Assembly (NCBI RefSeq): GCF_009914755.1
Contig: NC_060926.1
DNA from: the human T2T-CHM13v2.0 reference genome, Homo sapiens
Reading direction: 5' to 3' (one strand)
DNA: 64,000 nt
Positions 27,119 through 42,160 of the stretch are shown piece by piece (position 1 is the stretch's first letter; each line of letters starts with the position of its first letter). The notes beneath the pieces were generated by a model. The model was not told the origin of the DNA, made no database searches, and was given only the letters and a program-made list of their open reading frames with translations. Made by a program: the position numbers and the translations under genes.

Positions 27119-29335
27119 CATTTCCCTCTGAGAACTAGAACACGACAAGGATGCCCACTCTTACCACTTTTATTCATAATTATACTGGAAGCTCTAGCCA
27201 GAGCAATTAGGCAAGAGAAAGAAATAAAGGTCATCCAAATTGGAAAAGAGGAAGGCAAATTGTTCCTACTTGCAGATTACATGATCTTATATACAGAAGA
27301 ACCTAAAGACTCTACCAACAAACTCTTAGAACTGATAAATGAATTAAGTAAAGTTGTGGGATAAATTAATATACAAAATCAGTAGCATTTCAATACATAA
27401 ACAACATGCTGGCTGAAAGAGAATTCAAGAAGGCAACCTCATTTACAATAGCTACAAAAAAATACCCAGGAATAAATTTAACCAAGGATGTGAAAGACCT
27501 TCACAAGGGAAACTACAGAACACTAATAAAAGAAATTAAAGAAGATACAAATGTAAAGACATCCCATGTTCATGGATCAGAATAATTAATATTGTTAAAA
27601 TGACTATACCACCCAAAGCAATCTACAGATTCAATGCAATCCCTATCAAAATGGCAATGACATTCTTTATAGAAATAAAAAAACTTAAAATTTTGTGGAA
27701 CCACAAAAGATACTGAATAACCAAAGCATTCTAAGCAAAAAGAACAAAATTATATGCATCACATTCTCAGACTTCAAAATATACTACAAAGCTATAGTAA
27801 CCAAAACAACAAGGTATTGGCATGAAAATAGAAACATAGACCAGAAGAACAGACTAGAGAACCCAGAAAATAATCCATGTATTGACATTCAACTAATTTT
27901 TGACAAAGGTGTCAAGAACACTCACTGGGGAAAGGACAGTCTCTTCAATAAATTCTGCTGGGAAAATTGTAGATCCCTAGGCAGAAGAGTGAAACTATAC
28001 TTCCACCTCTCATTCTATATAGAAATGACCACAAAATGACTCAGAGACCTAAATATAAGACCTGAAATGATAAAACTACTAGAAGAAAATGTAGAAGTGC
28101 TTCAGAGCATTGGTCTGGGAAAAGGTTTTATGAGTAAGACTTCAGAAGCACAGGAAACAAAAGGAAAAATAAACAAATGGGATTATGTCAAACCAAAAAG
28201 CTTCTTCACAGCAAAGAAAACAAAAAACAGAATGAAAAGATAACCTATAGAATGGAAGAAAATATTTGCCAACTACCCATTTGACAGAAGATTAACTCAA
28301 ACATCTCAACAGCAAAAAAACAACAAATCACCACCAACAAAAAAGTTGATTAAGAAAATAAGCAAATGATCTGAACAGACATTTCCCAAAAGAAAACAAC
28401 AAATACATAAAACAGGTTCCCTGATCATCAGGAAAATTCAAATTAAAACCACAACAAGATATTGTCTCGCCAGTTAGGATGGCTATCCTCAAAAGGACAA
28501 CAAAATAACAAATGTTGGTGAGGATGAAGAGAAAAGGGAACACATAAATACTGTTGCTGGGAAAATAAACTAGTACAGACACTATAAAAAACAGTATGAA
28601 GTTTCATCAGTATGAAGGTTCATCAAAAGGAGCTATCATATGATCCAGCAATCCTACTACTTAGAATTTATCCCAAAGGAAAGGAAATTACTATATCAAA
28701 GAGACATCTACACTTCCATGTTTTTATTGCAGCACTACTCCAATAGCTAAGGTATGGAATCAACCTAGTTGTCCAACAGATAAATGGATAAAGCAAATGC
28801 GGTATATATACATAATGGAATACTATTTAGCCATAGAATAAAATCCTTAGCCAAAGAATAAAATCCTGTCATTTGCAGCAACATGGGTGGAATTGGAGGA
28901 CATGATGTTAAATGAAACAAGCTAGGAACAGAAAGTTGAACACTGTATATTATCACTAATATATGGAAGCTAGAAAAAGTTGATCTCATAGACGTAAAAA
29001 GTATAACAGAGGATACTAGAGGCTGGGAAGGGTATGGGGACGAGAAGGATAAGGAGAGATTTGTTAAAGGATACAAAATTATAGCTAGATAGGAAGAATA
29101 ATCTCTAGTGTTCTATATCACTGTAGGATGACTATAGTTAACAATAATATATAGTTGCAAATCATAAAGAAGGATATTGACGTTCCCAACACAAATAAAT
29201 GGAAAATGTTTGAGATGATGGGTATGCTAATCACTCTGTTCTGATCACTCTGTTCTGATGCATTGAAACATCACTATGCTCCCCATAAATATGTACAATT
29301 ATTATTTGTAAATTATAAAAAATTAAAATAAAATA
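27119..29335 (+). mobile_element. 5'-truncated L1MA-type element
   Basis: ORF2 from [13 protein letters not shown] through the C-terminus, L1MA 3'UTR and A-rich tail. Confidence 0.9.
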
Positions 29336-29625
29336 TCACATTGCAAGATTTAAATTTGCCTTGAGAGAGGAAACCTAAAAGAGTGGAAAGAAAGAATAAA
29401 GAGAAGAATAAAAATTCATTAAAAATAACAATAAACAAGATCAACAACAGCAAAAGCTAATTCTTTGGAAGGATTAAGACTAGAAAGAATATTTGTTTAT
29501 AATCAGCAAAGAATAAAAACTGAGAGAGAAAAAAAGCACCCAAACAATTAGAGGCATGAAAGATGGCACTTAACTACAGATATAACATATTTAAATTAGA
29601 GAACTCTACAATTTTATAACATTAC

Positions 29626-29932
29626 TTTTTTTTTTCTTTTGAGACAGTCTTGCTCTGTCACCCAGGCTGGAGTGCAGTGGCATAATCATGGCTTATTGCA
29701 GCCTTGACTTCCTGGGCTTAATTGATCCTGCCCCCTCAACCTCTCAAACAGCTGAGACTGCAGGCATGCACCACCACATCTGGCTGACTTTTGTTTTTGT
29801 TTGGGTTTTTTTGGGAGAGACAGGGTTTTACCATATTGCCCAGGCTGGTCTTCAACTCCTTGGCTGGAGTGAACCACCTGTCTCTATTTCTCAAAGTGCT
29901 GGGATTACAGGCATGAGACACCACAGCTAGAC
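29626..29932 (-). mobile_element. AluJ
   Basis: Antisense dimer with atcatggcttattgcagccttgacttcctgggct. Confidence 0.88.
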
Positions 29933-30173
29933 TAACAGTAGATTTGAAAAATCAGAAAACATGGATAATTTTTACAGAAATATATGCTTACAAAAATTGA
30001 TTCATGAAGATACAGAAAAGTGAATAGACCTATAATTATTAACAAATTGTGTTGGTAATTTAACAGCTGTCCCCTAAAAAAATAAGGTCAGTACCATGTG
30101 ATGTTAGAAGTAAATTCCACCCCTTCAAAGGAACAAAAAATCCCAATCTTATATAAACTATACCACAGACTAG

Positions 30174-32393
30174 TGTATTAGTCCATTTTCACACTGCTGA
30201 TAAAGACATACTCAAGACTGGGCAAATTACAAAAGAAAGAGGTTTAATGGACTTACAGTTCCACGTGGCTGGGGAGGCCTCACAATCATGACAGAAGGCG
30301 AGGAGCAAGTCATGTTCTACATGGATGGCAGCAGGCAAAGAAAGAGAGCTTGTGCAGGGGAACTCATCTTTTTAAAATCATCAGATGTCATGAGACTTAG
30401 TCACTATCGTGAAAACAGCACGGGAAAAACCCGCCCCCTTGATTCAATTACCTCCCACTGGGTCCTTCCCATAACACATGGGAATTCAAGATAAGAGTTG
30501 AGTGGGGACACAGAGCCAAACCATATCATTCTGCCCCTGGCCCCTCCCAAATCTCATGTCCTTACATTTGAAAACTAATTATGCCTTCCCTACAGTCTAC
30601 CAAAAGTCTTAACTCATTTCAATATTAACTCAAAAATCCACAATCCAGAGTCTCATCTGAGACAAGGCCAGCCCCTTCTGCCTATGAGCCTGTAGAATCA
30701 AAAGCATGTTAGTTACTACCTAGATACAATGGGGTAGAGGTATTGGGTAAATACAGCCATTCCAAATGAGAGAAAGTGGCCAAAACAAATTTGGCCAATT
30801 TTGGCCAACCGATGCAGGGTTGAAATCCAGTGGGACAGTCAAATCTTTAAAACTCCAAAATGATCTGTTTTGACTCCATTTCTCACATCCAGGTCACAGT
30901 AATGTAAGAGGTGGGTTCCATGATCTTGGGCAGCTCTGCCCCTGTGGCTTTGCAGGGTACAGCCTCCCTCCCATGTGTCTTCCAGCCACATGGTGCAAAC
31001 TGTCGGTGGATCTACCATTCTGGGGTCTGGAGGATGGTGGCCGTCTTCTCACAGCTCCACTGGGCAGTGCTCCAGTAAGGACTCTGTGTCAGGGTCCCAC
31101 CACATATTTCCCTTCCATACTGCCCTAGCAGAGGCTCTCCACAAGGGCCTCTCCCCTGCAGCAGACTTCTGCCTGGGCATCCAGGTGTTTCCATACATCT
31201 TCTGAAATCTAGGTGGAGGTTTCCGAACCTCAATTCTTGACTTTTGTGTATCTTGACTTTTGTGCTCAACATCATGTGGAAGCTGCCAAGGCTTGGGGCT
31301 TGCACCCTCTGAAGCTATGGCCCGAGCTCTATGTTGGCTCCTTTCAGCCACAGCTGGAGCAGCTGGAACACAGGGCGCTAAGTCCCTAGGCTGCACACAG
31401 TATGGGGACCTTGTTCCTGGCCCTTGAAACCACTTTTTCCTTCTAGACCTCTGGGTCTGTGATGAGAGCAGCTGCTGTGAAGATCTCTAACGTGCCCTGG
31501 AGACATTTCCCCATGTTGTCTTGGGTATTAACATTCAGCTGCTTGTTACTTACGCAAATTTACGCAGCCAGCTTGACTATTTCCTCAGAAATTGGGATTT
31601 TCTTTTCTATTGCATTGTCAGGCTGCAAATTTTCTGAACTTTTGGCTCTGATTATTTTATAAAACTGAATGTCTTCAACAGCACCCAAGTCAAGTCTTGA
31701 GTGCTTTGCTGCTTAGAAATTTCTTCCACCAGATACCCTACATCATCTCTCAAGTTGAAAGTCCCACAAATCTCTAGGGCAGGGGCAAAATGCCACCAGT
31801 CTTTTTGCTAAAACATAACAATAGTCACCTTTGTTCCAGTTACCAACAAGTTCCTCATCTCCATCTGAGACCACCTCAGTCTAAACGTTATTGTTCATAT
31901 CACTATCAGCATTTTTGTCAAAGCCATTCAACAAGTCTTTAGGAAGTTCCAAACTTTCCCACATTTTCCTGTCTTCTGCCTGTTTCCAACCTCTGCCTGT
32001 TACCCAGTTCCAAAGTCACTTCCACATTTTCAGGTGTGTTTTCAGCAATGCCCCACTCTACTGGTACAAATTTACTGTTTTAGTCCACTTTCATGCTGCT
32101 GATAAAGACATTTCTGAGACTGGGCAATTTACAAAAGAAAGAGATTTAATGGACTTACAGTTCCATGTGGCTGAGGAGGCCTCACAATCATGGTGGAAAG
32201 CAAGGAGGAGCAAGTCACATCTTAAATGGATGGTGGCAGGCAAAGAGAGAGCTTGTGCAGGGGAACTCCTCTTTTTAAAACCATCCGATCTCGTGAGACT
32301 TATTCACTATCATGAGAACAGCACGGGAAAGACCTGCCCTCATGATTCAATTACCTCCCACCAGGTCCCTGCCATACTAGCCAAACCATATCA
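30174..32393 (-). mobile_element. Complete THE1 (THE1A-like) MaLR: LTR 30174-30528, internal region, LTR 32076-32393
   Basis: Two direct LTRs (tgta/tttagtcca...aaaccatatca), THE1-int body, 5-bp TSD actag/gctag. Confidence 0.93.
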
Positions 32394-34656
32394 GCTAGTA
32401 AAAGAAGTAATGCTCTCCAACCCTTTTTATGTGGTTAGTGTAACATTGGTAACAAAAGTAGACAGGGACAATAAAAGGAAATAATATAGGGACAATGTGC
32501 ATTTAGCAGAGTCTAAATAAATAATACATTATTATCAGCTTGAATGTGTCACAGAATTCAAGAGTTGCTAAATATTAGACAACTCTTTCAAAGAAAATTT
32601 TCATATAAATAAATTAAAAGAGAAAAAGCCACATGATTTTCTTAATAAACATAGAAAATGTATTTGATAAAAATGGAAATCTATCACAATAAAAGTTTTT
32701 AAGAAAAAAATTCTTAATCTGATAAGGGGTAATTCGATTAAACACTAAAATAAATATACTGAATGGAGAAATTTTAGACACATTCCGCTTAAAATTGGAA
32801 TGAGACAATGATGCTGTTACCTCCTCTATTTGATATTGTGCTGGATACCCTGGCCTACACAATAAGAATAGAGAAAGAAAAAGATACGTCATAATTACTA
32901 CGCAATAAGAATAGAAAATGAAAAAGATATGTCAGAATTACTGATGAAAAACTATCATTACCCACAGAAAACATCATTGTTTACACACACACACAAAGCC
33001 TACTCTGTAACCAGTCTACGACATCACTATGACAGCTGATAAGAAAGTCTAGTTAGATAGCTGGGTGTATGATTAGTGGACAAAAATAACCCCCCCATAT
33101 TATTTTAAACTATATCAATTACAGTGACCACAAAAGTTATACCATATCAAGAAATTAGTCTAAGAAAAAAACAGGCTCCAGGATTTAGGAGAAGTAATCA
33201 AATACTTAATTGAAAAAAAATAAAAACCCTAAACAAACAGAAATAAGCACATTTATAAGTGGTAAGTTTCAATGTTGTGAAGATAATCAGTTTAATCCAC
33301 ATCAGTATATAAATTGAAGGCAAAACCCATCTAAAGCACAGTTGTTTTTTTGTTTGTTTTTGTATGGGTATGTGGAAATTAACTGGCTGATTAATAGTTA
33401 TATGGAAGAGCAAGTTTTAAAGAAAAGCTAAAGCAATTTTAAAGAAGTAGATCAAGATTGAGGGGATTGGCATACCAGGAAATATGATTTTTCTAAAGTT
33501 AGAGTGATTAAAATATTATGATATCGACAGGGATTTAAAAAAATAGACCAATGGAAGAAAATAAAGAGCACGGAAATAAACCACAAACAAAGGAATATGA
33601 TAAATGACAGTGTATCATCAAAAATCAGTGGTGGACAATATGGACTAATCAATAAAGGATGCTAAGACTATTGATTTTCCTTGTGGAGTAACCTAAGACC
33701 TTTGCTTATTACCACATTAAATCTCAATTCCAATTTTACTAAAGATATAAATAGGAAAAATTAAGACTTTAAAACTTTTAAATAAAATGTCTGTTCAGAA
33801 GACTTTTTTAAAAAAACACACAAAAATCCCGCACTAAAATTGAAAAATTAATAAATTTAAGTACACTAAACTTAAAATTTCTGTAAAACAAAGATACATA
33901 AACTGAACTGTAGTTTATGTGTAAGCGTTAGACTGGAGAAAGATATTTGCAACACATGCCAGTAAAGTATATAAAGAAATTTGCTAAATAATAAGAGAAA
34001 TACAAACAACCCAGTAGAAAAATTGGCAAAAGATATGAACAGGCAATTTATAGAAGATAAAATGCAAACGATCAATAAACATGTAAAAAAAAGAAGATGT
34101 TCATCTTCAGTAGTAATCAAGAAGTGTAAACAATACTTTGACACCTTTATTCACCATTATATTGGTGAACATTGAAAGGAAAATCCCACAGTATCCATGC
34201 TGGTGAGGCAGTGGAACAGTAGGATATTTTCTACAGTCTTGATGGAAGGATAATTTGCTACAACTGCTTTCAAGAGTCATTTGTTAATATTCATTAAAGT
34301 AGAAGATACAAAATGCCCTTGGACCCAGTTATTCCATGTCCTTCTCTCTGCCACATGTACACCTGGGGTCAGACAAAACATTAATTACGGAAGCATCATT
34401 ACTAAACCAAAAAACTGGAAACAACTTAAGTACCCTCAAGTATGAACATAAATACAATTAATGCACTGTGGTATATTTACACAATGCCAAATTTTAAAAT
34501 GAAAAAAGGAGTAAACTGAGCTGCATGCAACCAGCTGGAAAAATTTCCAAAGTATAATGTTGAGAGCAAAAACCAAAAAGTTGATAAGATGTATGTAAAC
34601 ATGAACAGAATGATATTTTTATAAAGGTTAACAACATGCAAAATAATATAGTATGT

Positions 34657-35227
34657 TGTTTTGTATTCATGTCTTTTTATTGTGTATTTTTGATGCTTTG
34701 ACATCTTCTGGCTTTGCTGACCCTGAAGAAACTGCCCCTCCCAGTGGTGGTGGCTAATGCCCAGAGACAGCAAACAACTGGTCTGTGAATGCACCTTTCA
34801 TATGCAAACCAACTAATCCAAAGTCCATACTCCCAGCCATCTCCTTTACAGGGTTCTTAACACTCTGGGCCATTATTCCCCTACTCTAATTACCTAGGTC
34901 CAGGTATCTGACAACTAGGGACATCCACTACACTGCAGAGTTTGCCGAGAAGTTATTCAAACTAGCCAATCTTAAGCTGTTTACCTGGTCTCTGGCTGCC
35001 CGTTCCTATGGAAAGACAATAAGAGTTTTATCCACATTTCCCCCTTACTTTCTCTGCCTTCTGATTGACCCTACTGTTTCTTTGTGTTCCTCCTCCTGCC
35101 CCAGGGTGTGATTCCTTTCTCTTGGGTTCTGTGAGTATAACAAATTATCTTTTCAATGGTAGTTGTCTCTTGATCTGTTGGCCTCACCATTAAACAGGAA
35201 TAGTAATAAAGACTAAATTTTAAAACA
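34657..35227 (+). mobile_element. ERVL-type solo LTR (LTR47-like)
   Basis: tgtttt...gatgctttgacatc...ctgaccctgaagaaactgcccctccc...aataaagactaaattttaaaaca; family name from memory. Confidence 0.6.
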
Positions 35228-36381
35228 GGATTAAAGATGCATATATATCTCTTAAAAAATTCTGGAGATGATCAACACCAAAATCAGTATAGTCACTTCT
35301 GTGACAAGAAGTACATAATTGTATCTAAAGTATCTTATATTAAAAAAAAACAAAACTAAGCAATTATGACCAAGTGTTAAGATTTGGCAAAGCTAAGTGG
35401 TGTCTTATGGGCATTTATTATAATATTCTCTATACTTCATGCTTGAAATATTTCATAATTAATTTTCAAGATTGAAATTCTCACCAGGGCATATCCCAAG
35501 CATCATTTATTAACTCACTATTAATTCATTTGTTTTTAAACAGCTATTTAAAAGTATCATCACACCATTCTTGTCAGATAGTACCTTTACCTCCCCATAA
35601 AGTGCCTGAATGATTTCTGTAAAGATTAAATAATTCACCACTATGACACTAAAAAAAATTTTTTTGTCACTATACTGCAGGTTACTTAATGTTTCTTACA
35701 TGATAAATGGGGTGGGTGGAATTTATGTTTTCTTCCCTGAAATTGGGAAGCTTTATGATTCTCTTAAACTCTGTCTCTGTTAGAAATATTTCATACTTTG
35801 GGCAGTCCATTCACACTTGGCCAAATTTAATTTCCCTTTGTGGCTTAAAGGAGAACGGTTTAAAAGATTCCATAGAAAGCTTTCTGGCAGTCTGGAAGAC
35901 AGCCAATATTCTTTTTGAGAAAGCTGCCTTTTTATGATGGCCCAAGTGTAAATGATACTGGGTTCTGTGTTCTTTGAATTTCACACAAGTTTAAAAGTTA
36001 AAGTTAGGCGGAGGAGCCAAGATGGCCGAATAGGAACAGCTCCAGTCTACAGCTCCCAGCGTGAGCGACACAGAAGATGGGTGATTTCTGCATTTCCATC
36101 TGAGCTTTGAAGAGAGCAGTGGTTCTCCCAGCACGCAGCTGGAGATCTGAGAACAGCCAGACTGCCTCCTCAAGTGGGTCCCTGACCCCTGAGCAGCCTA
36201 ACTGGGAGGCACCCCCCAGCAGGGGCAGACTGACACCTCACACAGCCGGGTACTCCAACAGACCTGCAGCTGAGGGTCCTGTCTGTTAGAAGGAAAACTA
36301 ACAAACAGAAAGGACATCCACATCAAAAACCCATCTGTACATCACCATCATCAAAGACCAAAAGTAGATAAAACCACAAAG

Positions 36382-37396
36382 ATGGGGAAAAAACAGAGCA
36401 GAAAAACTGGAAACTCTAAAAAGCAGAGCGACTCTCCTCCTCCAAAGGAACGCAGTTCCTCACCAGCAACGGAACAAAGCTGGACGGAGAATGAATTTGA
36501 CGAGCTGAGAGAAGAATGCTTCAGACGATCAAATTACTCCGAGATACGGGAGGACGTTCAAACCAAAGGCAAAGAAGTTGAAAACTTTGAAAAAAATTTA
36601 GAAGAATGTATAACTAGATAACCAATACAGAGAAGTGCTTAAAGGAGCTGATGGAGCTGAAAACCAAGGCTCAAGAACTACGTGAAGAATGCAGAAGCCT
36701 CAGGAGCCGATGCGATCAACTGGAAGAAAGGGTATCAGCGATGGAAGATGAAATGAATGAAATGAAGCGAGGAGGGAAGTTTAGAGAAAAAAGAATAAAA
36801 AGAAACGAGCAAAGCCTCCAAGAAATATGGGACTATGTGAAAACACCAAATCTACGTCTGATTGGTGTACCTGAAAGTGACGGGGAGAATGGAACCAAGT
36901 TGGAAAACACTCTGCAGGATATTATCCAGGAGAACTTCCCCAATCGAGCAAGGCAGGCCAACATTCAGATTCAGGAAATACAGAGAACGCCACAAAGATA
37001 CTCCTCGAGAAGAGCAACTCCAAGATACATAATTGTCAGATTCACCAAAGTTGAAATGAAGGAAAAAATGTTAAGGGCAGCCAGAGAGAAAGGTCGGGTT
37101 ACCCTCAAAGGGAAGCCCATCAGACTAACAGCAGATCTCTCGGCAGAAACTCTACAAGCCAGAAGAGAGTGGGGGCCAATATTCCACATTCTTAAAGAAA
37201 AGAATTTTCAACCCAGAATTTCATATCCAGCCAAACTAAGCTTCATAAGTGAAGGAGAAATAAAATACTTTACAGACAAGCAAATGCTGAGAGATTTTGT
37301 CACCACCAGGCCTGCCCTAAAAGAGCTCCTGAAGGAAGCGCTAAACATGGAAAGGAACAACCGGTACCAGCCACTGCAAAATCATGCCAAATGTAA
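36382..37396 (+). pseudogene. L1 ORF1p, frameshifted near 36618 and near its C-terminus
   Basis: MGKKQSRKTGNSK... and MELKTKAQELREEC...REKG...ARREWG...YPAKLS split across two frames. Confidence 0.95.
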
Positions 37397-37444
37397 AGAC
37401 CATCGAGACTAGGAAGAAACTGCATCAACTGATGAGCAAAATAA

Positions 37445-39902
<2,458 letters not shown>

Positions 39903-40511
39903 ACAATGAGAACACATGGACACAGGGAGGGGAACATCACACACTGGGGCCTGTTGTGGGGGGGGGGAGTGGGGAGGGATAGCATTAGGAGATATACCTA
40001 ATGCTAAATGACGAGTTAATGGGTGCAGCACACCAACATGGCACATGTATACATATGTAACTAACCTGCACATTGTGCACATGTACCCTAAAACTTAAAG
40101 TATAATAATAAAAATATAGAAAGGTTTTCTTAGGATATGGGAGAGCAGTTGTTATAAAGTAAAAACTACAAATGATTGGCCCATGAATGTAATCCAGCCC
40201 AAGATATGCTTTTATTTCAGCCCATACTACATTATAGAGAAATTTGAATAGGTGCCAGCACTTTACATTGTGAGAGTTCATCTAAAATTGCAGATTTATG
40301 GCTTCTCTTCAAGACAGAAAAGATGTAGCAACCCTGAGCTACACTCTCACATAATCACAATTAGCTATAATTGAGTGATGGGTGACACCTTATAAATGGC
40401 ATAAGTTGTCAGTGAGTCAGAGTCCTTGCTGATTTGTTCTTCTGTCTTGTAACTTAAGACTTTGAGATTTCTGGTACCTGAAAAGCTGCAGTCCGAGTGG
40501 GCTTCAGAACT

Positions 40512-40992
<481 letters not shown>

Positions 40993-41061
40993 TTTAGTAG
41001 AATAGCATAAAGAGCCAGCAGCAAGTTGCTCTGCTCAGTAGTTGAGGGACCCTGTGGGCAG

Positions 41062-41063
<2 letters not shown>

Positions 41064-41093
<30 letters not shown>
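41064..41093. repeat. Poly(T) tract of about 30 nt
   Basis: Read directly. Confidence 0.95.
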
Positions 41094-41098
<5 letters not shown>

Positions 41099-41919
41099 GC
41101 TACTTCTATCCCATATCTCTCTCCTTTCAGTCACAGGTCAAGGCATTGGAATAACAACACAAATAAACAGGATATATACACTTTCCATTGGAGATCCTCT
41201 TCTTTGTTCAATGGAGGTTAGGCTTTTTGGTAACTGGGGCCAGATCAGGGTGGAAAGGACTCTTCTACCTCAGGTGTACACAGTACATAAATGAGGGTAG
41301 TGTATATAACAGTAAAGAAGAAGAGCATTGGATGGAAGGGAAACAAGAAAGCCAGAGAGGGGAGTCCAAGATGAAGAATCAGAAGCAGATATTGAAAGAG
41401 CCAGAGAGCATTCACTTGTTCTTTTGACAAATATTCACTGTGTTCCTATTCATATGTCTGACACTGCGCTAGGCCCTGAGGACATATGATAAAAAAGACG
41501 AAGTATCTGCCCTAATTAGCTTATGTTCTAGCCAGAGAAATAGGCAATCAGAAATAGTTTGAAAAAATAAAAGCATGTATAGTCATGAGGCAATTACTTG
41601 GAATGAAAACAGGATCAATCATGCATAAAGTAATAGAGGTAAAAAAGAAACAGTCCTTTAAAAATTACATACATATGCATAGTTGGGTGGTAGATGGATG
41701 GATGGAGACAGAGGGAGGGAGCAAGGGAAGGCGAAAGATGTGGGAGAGGACTAATATATCCTGTTATGCATTTTCAAATTATTTATTGAACATCTACGTG
41801 ACACACATTATCTAAGTTTCTTAGGAAAAAAACAGTGATAAGACAGACACATTTCCTTCTCTACCAATTTTAATTATATTGAGAGAGAGATATGTGTAGT
41901 CTAATAACTATAGTATAGA

Positions 41920-42160
41920 GTGTGTGGTGATGATGACAGTGGTGGCATTTAGCACTAGCTGTATCAGGCACTGTGCTAAATATTTCATTTGCAGTATCTA
42001 ATATAATCTTCAAAATCATCTTGTGAAATAGGTAACTATCCATACTTGTGTCCACTTATAGATGAGGGCCCTGAGCTGAGCATGGTTTATTTACTTGATC
42101 AAGGACACAGTTAGAAAGTGGCAGATGTAGTTCTGAAGCCTGTCTGGTCCCAAAGCCCAT
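41920..42160 (-). mobile_element. MIR SINE
   Basis: caggcactgtgctaaa...ttatagatgaggg...caaggacacagttagaaagtggcaga. Confidence 0.75.

Larger units (their letters stand above)
24800..35470 (+). mobile_element. Very old L1M (L1ME-like) scaffold, fragmented by several younger insertions
   Basis: Collinear ORF1-like (25100-25560), ORF2-like (26000-26480, 29371-30170, 32394-34400) and 3'UTR pieces. Confidence 0.7.

Noticed and set aside
31891-32484. 197-aa ORF
   Set aside because: Runs through THE1-int, the LTR and into L1 on the antisense strand of THE1; chance open frame
41064-41093. Solo poly(T) as a truncated retro-insertion
   Set aside because: No TSD or element body visible
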